A DNA stretch of 64,000 nucleotides from Minisyncoccota bacterium (GCA_942491275.1 CALNZI010000007.1:63353-127352); one strand, 5' to 3'; positions 39,321 through 50,584 are shown, counted from the first letter of the stretch. The notes: generated by a model from the letters alone, not told the origin. A program made the numbers and translations.

Positions 39321-42092
39321 TTATAATTTTTTTACCTCATTTTTTAATTTACTAATAAAGTTTGTAAAATCGTTATCTTCATTTTCGTCCACAAAGCAAA
39401 CATAATTGAAATTGGGATTATGTTTTTTAAAATCATTCAACATAAACCGCTCTTTTTGTTTAAAATCATCATCGTAGTAAATCTTGCCTTTTGTTTCAAT
39501 TATCAAGACCTTTTCAATCATTCTACCTTTTCTTTTGAGAATCAGGAAATCAGGAGTATAAACACCTCGGGGAGTTTGAACCCAAAAACTCTGCAATTCA
39601 TTGTTTTTAAAACCATTAAAATAAACTTCTAGAGCAGCGAGCTCATTCATTTTTAACATTTCAGACAAAGCATTTATTTCAAAATTACTATCTACTTTAT
39701 AAGGCACATAATTAAAACTGATATTTTGGGAATCTAAATTTTCAGCATCCGCTTCTAAATCTTCAGGATGTTTTCTAAAAAGTTCTATGTTGCGATTATC
39801 AATTTTAGGCATAAATTTTGCCAACGCTCCACTTGAAGAATAAAGAGCCATTGTAGGATTTTTTGTTTGCCATTCAAGTAATTCAATCTCGACATCTTTT
39901 GTTATTATTTCTTTTTTATATTCAACTTCTTCCATTAAAAATGAAGCGAGGTATTTTATAATATTATCAACTTCCAAGTTGGGATTAGATTCAATCCAAT
40001 TAAGTTCCTTCTGTATTTCAGTAAAGATTTTCTTTAATTTAGTATGATAATTTTCTAACAAGTGAATCTCACTAAATTTTCCAAGGGTTGCTTTTGCTAA
40101 ATCATAAATAAAGTCGTTAAAAAAATAATCAGTAATTTCAAATTTTGAAATTTTTTCTTCCACTTCACGGCTTATACCAGTTTTACCAATTCTGCCTTTT
40201 ATTATTCTTTCATCATATTTATATTTTTCTTTTACATCCTTAAAGTTAAATTTATTTAAATTGCTGACCGCTGTCTTTTTTAAAAGAATTTTGTATTTAG
40301 TTTCAACTTGCTTGTATCTCAATTTGCCAAGTTTGGGTTTCCTTATCTTAACAGAAATTTCTGGCTGTGAACCAAATTTCAAATCTGAAATACTCAAGTC
40401 ATAATTTTCTCTTAATTCAGAGTCTAGTGTTTTGTAGTTTTCTTTTTCCAAATAAATCAAAGCTTTCTCTTTTTTTGCATCAATAACTTCTCGCAAGCAC
40501 CGGCAAGTTGTTTGTAGAACAAAATTTTTGGTGGTTTTTTGTCGGGGTAATACAACAGCAGTTAAACTCTTACAATCCCAACCTTCTGTGCCAATCGCTA
40601 CGAGCAAAATAACTCTCTTGTCAGAGTAAGGTTTATCTAAATTATTAAATACAGCCAAACTTTCTTTTGGTATCTCATACTGCTTGTTTTCTTTCCCATT
40701 TGTATAAAATTTAAATATTTCAGACTCCTTGTTTTTCCTTTTTGACCTATACCAATCTTGAATCACTGGTAATATCTTTTCATTTAATACCTTAATAGAT
40801 GGACAATAAAAAACAATTTTGCTTTTTGTATCGTTGCTGTATGTAATATCAAAATTATTAAAGAAATCAGTCAGAGCTTGTTTAATAAACAAATCCTCTT
40901 TTACTTCAACTTTTTTAATCTCTGGGATTTTTAAAAACCTACCTATTCCTTGATTTAAGTAATAGTTATAAACTATATCTTGAATTTGATTTAATTTTAT
41001 CTCATCATCTCCAATTTTTACCTTATGCTTAACATAAGGAGTGCCAGAAAGTCCAAGGACAGAAATAATATTTTTATGCTGATCTAAAATATTAACTGCC
41101 TTTCTTAATGCTTTTTCTTTTTTCTCGGCATTTACTCCATAACTATGGTGAACTTCATCTAGTATTACGCCTAGATGAGAAATCTGAGATAATTTTTCTC
41201 TTAATTCATTCAACTTTAAAATCTCACTAATTTTTTTCTCATCATAATACAAACTGTCTTTCTCAACAAAAATTTTGTCTTTATCCTCATATTTTTCAAG
41301 CACAACTTTTTCGGCATTAGTAATAAAAACCATACCAAATTTTTTGGTTTGAAAGATACGATTTACCTTTTCTAAATTTGGATTATTACCTTGTAGTTTG
41401 TCTTTCCTTTGAGAACTTAAAGCGTCTAAAATTTCAATCTGAATTATTTGCTTTAATTTATGAGCTTCTTTGTCTGGAAATATCCATTCGGGATTAAAAT
41501 TCTTTATAGTTTGTAAAGATGGAAGAATTGCTGTTTTAGATGCAGACGGAGCTAAAACAATAAAATTATGCGCAAACCTTTTATCGTTTTTGTATATGCT
41601 AGCAAAATATAAATCTAAGTATATAAAACAAGCCATTAAGAATGTCTTACCTGCCCCCATTGGTAAACTGAATAAATAGTTTGGGTAGTTGTAATTATGT
41701 AAAAGTTCATCTAAAACTTTATCCCAGTTTGTTTTTTCGCTTTTTGGATCGTTTGCTAATTTTTTTTGAAGATTATGAACGCTATTTTCTTGAAAAAATT
41801 GATTCAAAAAATGGGTTGTATAATTACTGCCAAAATTGTGAAAGTTATCATAGCCCTTTGCTATTTCTTCATCATATAAAAACCCAGCTCGAATAATATC
41901 TGATAGTTTTTTATTATTACCAACAAATTTTAACCAAAGATAAACTTCAATAGCTTGTTTTTGTGGTTCTCTTAATTTATTTTCTACTTCAATATATTTA
42001 ATTAAGTTACCTACAATTGACTGATTCTTAGATTTTTCTTGGGTTACCCAGCTAGATGCCTTATTTTCTATTAAATTAAAAATTGTGTTCAT
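39321..42092 (-). CDS. res: Type III restriction enzyme Res subunit (SF2 helicase plus C-terminal PD-(D/E)xK nuclease)
   Basis: Walker A LPMGAGKT, DEVH (ILDEVHHS), SGTP, QTTCRCLR, and C-terminal YTPDFLILKRKGRMIEKVLIIETKG. Confidence 0.75.
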   Translation of the reverse strand: MNTIFNLIENKASSWVTQEKSKNQSIVGNLIKYIEVENKLREPQKQAIEVYLWLKFVGNNKKLSDIIRAGFLYDEEIAKGYDNFHNFGSNYTTHFLNQFFQENSVHNLQKKLANDPKSEKTNWDKVLDELLHNYNYPNYLFSLPMGAGKTFLMACFIYLDLYFASIYKNDKRFAHNFIVLAPSASKTAILPSLQTIKNFNPEWIFPDKEAHKLKQIIQIEILDALSSQRKDKLQGNNPNLEKVNRIFQTKKFGMVFITNAEKVVLEKYEDKDKIFVEKDSLYYDEKKISEILKLNELREKLSQISHLGVILDEVHHSYGVNAEKKEKALRKAVNILDQHKNIISVLGLSGTPYVKHKVKIGDDEIKLNQIQDIVYNYYLNQGIGRFLKIPEIKKVEVKEDLFIKQALTDFFNNFDITYSNDTKSKIVFYCPSIKVLNEKILPVIQDWYRSKRKNKESEIFKFYTNGKENKQYEIPKESLAVFNNLDKPYSDKRVILLVAIGTEGWDCKSLTAVVLPRQKTTKNFVLQTTCRCLREVIDAKKEKALIYLEKENYKTLDSELRENYDLSISDLKFGSQPEISVKIRKPKLGKLRYKQVETKYKILLKKTAVSNLNKFNFKDVKEKYKYDERIIKGRIGKTGISREVEEKISKFEITDYFFNDFIYDLAKATLGKFSEIHLLENYHTKLKKIFTEIQKELNWIESNPNLEVDNIIKYLASFLMEEVEYKKEIITKDVEIELLEWQTKNPTMALYSSSGALAKFMPKIDNRNIELFRKHPEDLEADAENLDSQNISFNYVPYKVDSNFEINALSEMLKMNELAALEVYFNGFKNNELQSFWVQTPRGVYTPDFLILKRKGRMIEKVLIIETKGKIYYDDDFKQKERFMLNDFKKHNPNFNYVCFVDENEDNDFTNFISKLKNEVKKL

Positions 42093-42180
42093 ATCTATAA
42101 AATTATTGAGGTATTAAGTAATACCTCAAACCATTTTTCATAACAATGATATTATAAAACAAAACCACTAAATTTCCTAA

Positions 42181-42232
42181 ATTCCCCTATATTCTCTACA
42201 ATCGAGTTCCAACTGCGTCCCGTTTGGGTCAC
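42181..42232. repeat. Left copy of a ~50-bp imperfect direct repeat
   Basis: tcccctatattctctacaatcgagttccaa...cccgtttgggtcac; 28/30 identical to 43326-43355 over the core, with a similar tail. Confidence 0.6.
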
Positions 42233-42305
42233 TGCACATTTATAACCTTATTTGTTAAGGTTTATTCTAGTTACAATTTTATATTTTTCATGGTAATATA
42301 TAATC

Positions 42306-42379
42306 GATGTGGTAGCCAAGTGGTAAGGCATTTACTCGCAAGGTAAATATCGTAGGTTCAATTCCTACCCACATCTCCA
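42306..42379 (+). tRNA. tRNA-Cys (anticodon GCA), CCA encoded
   Basis: Acceptor GATGTGG/CCACATC, anticodon stem-loop TTTAC-TCGCAAG-GTAAA, T-arm GTAGGTTCAATTCCTAC. Confidence 0.85.
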
Positions 42380-43326
42380 TGACAGCACAAGAATATATTG
42401 AAAAAAGGTTAAATGGAATTAAAGATATAAAAGTTAAGCAAGAAGGAGATCTTGCTGATTTTATATATGACACAATAATGTCAAAAAAATTTAGAAAATA
42501 TAGTGTAAACCCTGAAGCCTTCCCAAAAATTAAAGAAGCAATAGGGCTAAATATAAAGAATAATGAGCCTATAAAAATTGTTATTCCGTTTGGTTCATAT
42601 AAACTATGGAAATTTGAGGAAAGCCCAGAACCAGATTGGGCTGAACTTTTTGCAATGATTTATTATGCCTATTGGTTAAAACCAATTACAGATGTATATA
42701 AGCCTGGAGTATGGTTTGATTTTTGTGCAGACGATGCGATTCTAGAACTAATGAATAACATTCCTGAAGAAGATACTAATAAATATAAGAAAACTTTTAG
42801 AGAGTTAATTGAATTTATAAAACCCTACTTACCTGATAATTTTAAATATACTTTCAGTCCAGTTGGAGAAAGATACTCTTCAAAAGAAGAATTTATGGCT
42901 GACCTTAATAATCAGATTGCTGAATTAAAAAAGAATGGAATTACACCAATAATAGAAAAAGATATTAGAAGAATGAAAACTAATATTAAGGTAGATAATA
43001 AAGAAGAAATAAATTTAGAAGAAAATCATCTCCTTCATGATGCATATATGAATGTTAGTAAAAGAAGGTCGTACCACAAAACACCTGACAGAATTTCAAT
43101 ATCTGCTACTCCGTTTGGTAAAAGGACCGCTATCCCAGTAGGAACAACAAAAACATCCGCTGTTCAATTTCAAGTTGGTACTGGTGTTTTAGGAAAACAT
43201 AAAGATGGTTTAATAGAATACATCTATTCTGTTTCTCAATTAGAATCAAGTAAGTTTATAAAAGAGGATGTTTCAATCGATGGTTTAAATGCAAAAAACT
43301 TTAAAACAATACGCGTAATTGATTAA
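42379..43326 (+). CDS. Hypothetical 315-aa protein; its ATG overlaps the terminal A of tRNA-Cys CCA
   Basis: ORF with Trp/Tyr-rich core (WAELFAMIYYAYW...GVWFDFCADD) and no recognisable motif. Confidence 0.4.
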   Translation: MTAQEYIEKRLNGIKDIKVKQEGDLADFIYDTIMSKKFRKYSVNPEAFPKIKEAIGLNIKNNEPIKIVIPFGSYKLWKFEESPEPDWAELFAMIYYAYWLKPITDVYKPGVWFDFCADDAILELMNNIPEEDTNKYKKTFRELIEFIKPYLPDNFKYTFSPVGERYSSKEEFMADLNNQIAELKKNGITPIIEKDIRRMKTNIKVDNKEEINLEENHLLHDAYMNVSKRRSYHKTPDRISISATPFGKRTAIPVGTTKTSAVQFQVGTGVLGKHKDGLIEYIYSVSQLESSKFIKEDVSIDGLNAKNFKTIRVID

Positions 43327-43374
43327 AATCCCTTATATTCTCTACAATAGAGTTCCAATAAATTACCCGTAGGG
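43323..43374. repeat. Right copy of the ~50-bp imperfect direct repeat
   Basis: tcccttatattctctacaatagagttccaa...cccgtagggtcac. Confidence 0.6.
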
Positions 43375-43424
43375 TCACAAATGAAAAAACTTCTCGAAAG
43401 AGTGGGTTTTTTCATTTGTGACCC
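43372..43424. repeat. Perfect 19-bp inverted repeat (hairpin) with 15-nt loop
   Basis: gggtcacaaatgaaaaaac (43372-43390) / gttttttcatttgtgaccc (43406-43424). Confidence 0.7.
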
Positions 43425-43619
43425 CAAGTAAGCAAACTGCTTTGCTTACGTCAGAGAATCGAAAGGCGGAGCTATAATTTTTTGAGTACAAAAAATAAGC
43501 GAGCCAGGGTCGTGAAATTTTTGTTGAGGCGGCAACAAAAATATTCCTGACCGAAAACGTACTCGTGGTTCTCTTTTGACGAAAAATAAATTATTGTGGC
43601 TCACAAAAAAACAAACCCA

Positions 43620-43970
43620 CTATTTAGCGGGTTTGAATATTTTTTTAAATAAAATTAAAATATTTTTAATAATAATATCTAATTTGGCAAGAATTATTTT
43701 TAATCTTAATTCTTTTCTTTCATTTTCTGTAATTTCTCTGAGGCCTTTTATTTCAGACCTATTCAAAATTGCAGAACAATTCCGATTTTTGTGATAGGAA
43801 AATACTTGAAAATTTTTGGGAACATCTTTAAGTTTTTTACCTTTTAATAAAGGAGTTCGAGGAATTGTTCTTTGTTTTTTTTGAATTACAAAAAAAGGAA
43901 CGTTTGTCTTATTTTCTAGCTCTATCATAATAACAGAGCCTAATTGAATTTGGTCAAACTCTAGTTTCAT
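43620..43970 (-). CDS. Hypothetical protein
   Basis: 116-aa ORF with no motif. Confidence 0.25.
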   Translation of the reverse strand: MKLEFDQIQLGSVIMIELENKTNVPFFVIQKKQRTIPRTPLLKGKKLKDVPKNFQVFSYHKNRNCSAILNRSEIKGLREITENERKELRLKIILAKLDIIIKNILILFKKIFKPAK

Positions 43971-44120
43971 GATATTTAATTTTAGATTTTTAACTTACTT
44001 TTATTTACATTATCTTTTATGGTTTAAAATGTCAAATTTAAAATGCGGAGGAATCCCTTTTTTGCTATAACCCTGTGGTAGAATTTTGGTAAAAATTTCA
44101 CTACGGGGTATAATATTCTT

Positions 44121-45626
44121 ATGTCTAAACAAATTGCTTTAATTGTTCTTGATGGATGGGGATATAGAGAAGACACAAAAGATAATGCTATCGCTCAGGC
44201 TAAAAAGCCTGTTTTTGATGAAATATGGAATAAGTATTCACATACTACTTTGAACACTTCTGGCGTTAGTATAGGGCTTCCTGAGGGCCAAATTGGGGAC
44301 AGTGAGATAGGGCATATGACTATTGGAGCAGGAAGAATTTTAGATGAAGACTTAGTAAGGATAAATAAGGTTATTAAACCCGGACACTTTGAAGATAATC
44401 TAGCTATGGATACTTTATTTGATCATGTTAAGGAAAATAATTCTACCTTGCACGTGATAGGTCTGTTGTCTCCAGGAGGAGTTCATAGTCACATGTCACA
44501 TTTATTTGCTTTCCTTGAAACAGCCAAAGAGTACGGGCTTACAAAAATTGCTATTCATGTAATTACCGACGGGAGAGATACTCCTCCTCACGCGGGAGCT
44601 GGATATATTAAACAGCTGGAAGATTTTATTAAAGAAATAGGTGTTGGAGAAATTGCTTCCGTCTCTGGACGACTATACGCCATGGATAGAGACTTACGAT
44701 GGGAAAGATTAGCTAAAGCAGAAGAGGTGATGTTTGAAGGTAAAGGAAAAATTTGTGATATCCCTGCTTCAGAATTTTTAGAAAATTTATATAAAGATGA
44801 AGTTAAATCTGATGAATATTTAAAACCTTTTGTTTGTTTAAATAAAAAAGGAGGAACTTATAAATTAAATAAAAATGATGGTGTATTTCTGTTTAATTTT
44901 AGGGCTGATCGAATGAGAATGATTACAAAGAGATTGATGGAAAGAGCAGAGAAGGACAATATTTCTTTGTCTACTATGACTGATTACGGGAAAGAATATA
45001 AAAGTTTGATTGTTTTTCCGCCAATTCACATTGAAGTTACTTTAGGAAAAATGATTAGTGATCAAGGTTTAACACAAGCCCATATAGCTGAAACGGAAAA
45101 ATTTGCCCATGCTACTTATTTTATAAATTGTGGAAAGGAAACTCCCTATGAAGGAGAAGAACAAATAATGGTTCAAAGTCCTAAGGGTGTTTTAACCTAC
45201 GACCTGGCTCCTAAAATGTCTGCCGAAATGGTAGCTGACAAAGCTATAGAACAAATAGAAAAAGGAACGGATTTCATTTTTATTAATTTTGCAAACGCTG
45301 ATATGGTTGGACATACAGCGAATGTTCCGGCTATTATTACTGCAATTGAAGAAATAAATAAACAATTGGGAAGAGTGCTGGAGGTTCTTCATTCAAAGGG
45401 AGGGATTGCTTGTGTCACGGCTGATCATGGAAATGCTGAAATTAATATTGATCCAGTTACTGGGGCTAGGCATACTTCCCATACTACAAGTTTAGTTCCT
45501 TTTATTATTACTGACACAACTAAACCTTTACATAGAGGAACTTTGGCTGATGTAGCTCCGACTGTTTTGGAATTATTGGATATAGAGAAGCCAAAAGAGA
45601 TGACAGGAGAGAGTTTGATAGATTAG
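44121..45626 (+). CDS. gpmI: 2,3-bisphosphoglycerate-independent phosphoglycerate mutase
   Basis: LIVLDGWGYRED...GDSEIGHMTIGAGRI... iPGM signature across the full length. Confidence 0.9.
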   Translation: MSKQIALIVLDGWGYREDTKDNAIAQAKKPVFDEIWNKYSHTTLNTSGVSIGLPEGQIGDSEIGHMTIGAGRILDEDLVRINKVIKPGHFEDNLAMDTLFDHVKENNSTLHVIGLLSPGGVHSHMSHLFAFLETAKEYGLTKIAIHVITDGRDTPPHAGAGYIKQLEDFIKEIGVGEIASVSGRLYAMDRDLRWERLAKAEEVMFEGKGKICDIPASEFLENLYKDEVKSDEYLKPFVCLNKKGGTYKLNKNDGVFLFNFRADRMRMITKRLMERAEKDNISLSTMTDYGKEYKSLIVFPPIHIEVTLGKMISDQGLTQAHIAETEKFAHATYFINCGKETPYEGEEQIMVQSPKGVLTYDLAPKMSAEMVADKAIEQIEKGTDFIFINFANADMVGHTANVPAIITAIEEINKQLGRVLEVLHSKGGIACVTADHGNAEINIDPVTGARHTSHTTSLVPFIITDTTKPLHRGTLADVAPTVLELLDIEKPKEMTGESLID

Positions 45627-45659
45627 TATTATTCTTGTATACTTTTTAGTATTGAAAAA

Positions 45660-45749
45660 GGAGGGTTGGCAGAGAGGTTGAATGCACCACTTTCGAAAAG
45701 TGGAATCCCTGAAAGGGGATCACAGGTTCGAATCCTGTACCCTCCGCCA
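45660..45749 (+). tRNA. tRNA-Ser (anticodon CGA), long variable arm, CCA encoded
   Basis: Acceptor GGAGGGT/ACCCTCC, anticodon loop TTCGAAA, long extra arm. Confidence 0.85.
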
Positions 45750-45764
45750 ATGATTGATTTTAAA

Positions 45765-45998
45765 ATTTGCGCGATTAGCTGTCTTGGTAGGAAAAGAAAG
45801 ATAAATAAATTAGTTTTATGTATGTTTTTTAAATTAAAATAAATTTGCGCGGTTAGCTGTCTTGGTAGGAAAAGAAAGATAAATAAATTAGTTTTATGTA
45901 TGTTTTTTAAATTAAAATAAATTTGCGCGGTTAGCTGTCTTGGTAGGAAAAGAAAGATAAATAAATTAGTTTTATGTATGTTTTTTAAATTAAAATAA
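45765..45998 (+). repeat. Three tandem 78-bp repeats, each beginning with a ~21-nt copy of the tRNA-Val 5' end
   Basis: The unit atttgcgcg(a/g)ttagctgtcttggtaggaaaagaaagataaataaattagttttatgtatgttttttaaattaaaataa starts at 45765, 45843 and 45921, with an exact 78-bp period. A fourth start at 45999 leads into the intact tRNA-Val. Confidence 0.85.
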
Positions 45999-46002
45999 AT
46001 TT

Positions 46003-46075
46003 GCGCGGTTAGCTCAGTTGGTAGAGCGACTCATTGACGTTGAGTAGGTCACAGGTTCGATTCCTGTATCGCGCA
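46003..46075 (+). tRNA. tRNA-Val (anticodon GAC)
   Basis: Acceptor GCGCGGT/ATCGCGC, anticodon stem-loop ACTCA-TTGACGT-TGAGT, T-arm CAGGTTCGATTCCTG. Confidence 0.8.
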
Positions 46076-46111
46076 CAAAGTATTAGAATAAATATAACCA
46101 CATTAAAATTT

Positions 46112-46745
46112 ATGGAAAATACACAAGTAATTATTTTAGCAGCAGGAAAGGGGACAAGAATGGAGTCTGAAGACCCCAAGGTTCTTTCTTTGCTTAAGAA
46201 GAAACCATTTCTAAAACACATATTAGATACTCTTTCTCATTTAAAACTAACCCTTGAGCCGGTAATTGTTGTTGGATATATGAAAGAAAGAATATCTGAA
46301 GTAATTGGGAAAAATTTTAATTATGCTCATCAAAAAGAACAATTAGGAACTGGTCACGCAGTTCTTTCGGCTAAAGACTCAATGCACTCAGACCATAAAA
46401 CAGTTATGGTTATTTCAGGAGACCAACCACTGGTTTCTAAGGGCACTTTAGAAAAATTAATAAAGGTTCATAAAAAGAATAATTCAATGGTTAGTATTGC
46501 TACTGTTAAATTACCTGATTTTAATGAATGGAGGGAGGGAGCTCTCACTTGGGAAGAGTTATAAGAGATGAAAATGGTAAAGTCTTAAAAATTGTTGAAA
46601 ATAAAGACGCCACCGAAGAAGAGAAAAAAATTACAGAAATAAATTATGCTTTGTATGTTTTTGATGGAGATTGGCTTTGGGGAAATATAGATAAATTAAA
46701 AAATGAAAATGCTTTAGAGCAACCAGTGTCAAGTTTGTCGGCGAT
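46112..46745 (+). pseudogene. GlmU-like sugar-1-phosphate nucleotidyltransferase N-terminal domain, frameshifted and truncated at the composition junction
   Basis: [17 protein letters not shown]...GTGHAV...ISGDQPLV, then a frame change near 46530-46550 (a gggaggga run), continuing [24 protein letters not shown]. The AT-rich sequence ends around 46745. Confidence 0.55.
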
Positions 46746-47475
46746 AAACAGATTGTGGTCATTCCCAATACCCCCTTCCTCTGGGGTCCGGAAGCCAGCG
46801 TCAGTAGTGGTATCCGGGCGCGACTTCACCTAAGTTGAAGGTTCAACGTTTCTGGTTCCTGGTCAGCCTTGCCGGCATTCGGGCTATTCGTTACTAAATC
46901 AACCTTGGTTACACCAGATTATTGCGAGCCGTCCGCCGCCAGGCGACATTCCGTCTTAAATGAGTATATTGACACATCCGCCTTCATCGATTCCCCGGGA
47001 ATTCGGCCGGTACCGAGCGCCCGCATCCAGACTGGCCACACCGGGCGCGGTACGATTGGCGACGGCCTTTGCTGTGGTGCGCAAATTTGCCGCGGTCGTT
47101 TAGCAAACCATGACCGACTCACCGTTGGCGATTTCCGATACCGGGCATCAGCGGAATTAATCAGATCGCATCGTCGCTTTTTTGTTTCAGATGGGGGATA
47201 TTTATCAAACATCGATAAGACCCTGGTCCTGGCTGTGCGGACTGATGACCGTGGATCGGATAGTGCTTAACCGCGGCATCCCGAGGCTGCTTTCCAGGGC
47301 TCGATATGCGTCAGGAGGGGTGGAATCCGGTCGTTTTTTCATCGCCGCTATTTAACAGCTGTAGATCTCGATCTTGCCCGATGGCGTCGGGAAGGGGTTG
47401 TTTACCGGATCATCGATCTGTTCGCGAAAGGCAGCGGGGTGTTTCAATTCAATTTTGGTGAGCAGCATCAGCTGT

Positions 47476-48600
47476 TTAAATGCTTGTCGTGTTCAAACCC
47501 GGTGTGTTGTGCGATATATTTGATGTGATCGAATGGAGGTAAAGCCAGTCAGTCCCAAAACGCTCAGCCAGCTGGGTAAAAATTGTGTCAGATCGGAGCG
47601 GGTTTCGGGCCGGGGTCAGGGCCGATTCATATAGATAACAAGGTCCGCCAAGCCACGGTTGGGCGATGTCTTCTTCTTCCAGAAAATGGGTGACCGGCAA
47701 CACGATATCTGCCCAGCGGGCCGTTGGCGTCATGAAAAGATCGTGGACCACGATACATTCCGGGCGTTTTAACCCTTGCAGACCTTTATTTATATTTTGA
47801 AACTGATTTAACAGGTTGCAGCCCACGATATAAACCAGCTTGATATCGGCTTCAAACCCACCGGCTTTTCCCTCCAGCAGGGCGTCATAAATTTGGGTTA
47901 GATGGATTTTCGGATTTCTTTGCCGGGGTACCTCCATCGGATCGGCAATTGCGCCCGCTTTCGATATACCCAGGCCCGCCAGCCACCTAGCCCGCCTTTA
48001 TTGCCGATGTTGGCGGTCATGGCTGCCAGGGTAATGGCCGACCGGTGGAATTGTTCACCAAATGCGGTCCGGCCGGTTTCTCATCCCGTAAACGGTGCCG
48101 CCGGTTTAGATTGGGCATATTCTCTGGCTGAGGTCGTGATGTCATCTGCTGTTACACCAGTGATTGGTGAAGCCCATTGCGGTGTTTTCGGAATCCCGTC
48201 CCCATCTCCCATCACATAGTGCATTGAAATCGTAGAGAACACCTTCAGTACGCCGGGTCTTGATAAACTCATGATCGTAATATTCTCGGATATCATCACC
48301 TGGGCCATGGCAGCAGCATATGCGTGTCGGTAGCCGGTTTGATGGCTTCTATCCATTGGTTAGCCAACATTGCCGACAGGCTCAGGCGCGGGTCCACACA
48401 GACGATCCGGGTGCCGTTCCTTTTGGCCTGTCTTAAATAAGCGTATCCGGACCAAAGCGGGAGACCAGCGGATTCAACCCACATGATAATCAGTCTGGAA
48501 TACAGCAGATTGTCATGACTTACCGGTAATTGAGCTGCCCAAGGTGGCTGTGCCGCGAAATTGGCTGATTCGAAGGGCATTGCCGCTGAGGACACTGCAC
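47476..48600 (-). pseudogene. Molybdopterin (DMSO reductase family) oxidoreductase fragments, multiply frameshifted and truncated
   Basis: Pieces ...RIVCVDPRLSLSAMLANQWIEAIKPATDT..., ...YAAAMAQVMISENITIMSLSRPGVLKVF... and ...ECIVVHDLFMTPTARWADIVLPVTHFLEEED... lie in different minus-strand frames. The N-terminal region is absent. Confidence 0.5.
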
Positions 48601-48631
48601 CCGCAAACATATTAAAAAAACGCCTGCTATT

Positions 48632-50221
<1,590 letters not shown>

Positions 50222-50223
50222 CC

Positions 50224-50439
50224 ATGGACGTGATTTACAGCTTGATACCCGGCATGATGTTCTTCGGCCTGATCTTCCTCGTGGTGCTGATCTGGGCGGT
50301 GAAGAAGGGACAGTATGAGGACATGGAGGGCAACGCCAACCGTATCCTGCTGGATGACGACGAGGACATGATGGCCCGCCACGATGACCGCCAGGATGGC
50401 GAAGCAGGCAAGGAAAATACCGATCCGAAGCTGCACTGA
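50224..50439 (+). CDS. ccoS: cbb3-type cytochrome oxidase maturation protein CcoS/FixS
   Basis: MDVIYSLIPGMMFFGLIFLVVLIWAVKKGQYEDMEGNANRILLDDDED follows the CcoS pattern. Confidence 0.7.
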   Translation: MDVIYSLIPGMMFFGLIFLVVLIWAVKKGQYEDMEGNANRILLDDDEDMMARHDDRQDGEAGKENTDPKLH

Positions 50440-50584
50440 TTCATTCCTGCATGCGTCAGGAATGTCGTGCATGAATACCACAGCCGCTTTTCGCAATCGA
50501 CCGGTTTCCGCTACACTCGCATGCCACCGTGCATTCGAATCCGTCGTTCCGCTTCCATCTTCATATTTATCAAAAAGGATGTCG

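Noticed and set aside
42288-42473. Minus-strand 61-aa ORF.
   Set aside because: Completely overlaps tRNA-Cys and the start of the 315-aa gene; an artefact of the tRNA sequence.
45765-45998. Possible CRISPR array.
   Set aside because: The repeats are contiguous 78-bp units with no unique spacers, and each embeds a tRNA-Val 5' fragment. This is not a CRISPR architecture.
46750-46800. Reading the GC jump as a genuine horizontal-transfer junction between a low-GC host and proteobacterial DNA.
   Set aside because: The join truncates glmU mid-gene, the downstream DNA begins with gene fragments, and the error profiles of the two sides differ, so a chimera is more parsimonious. It is kept as a finding with an explicit test.
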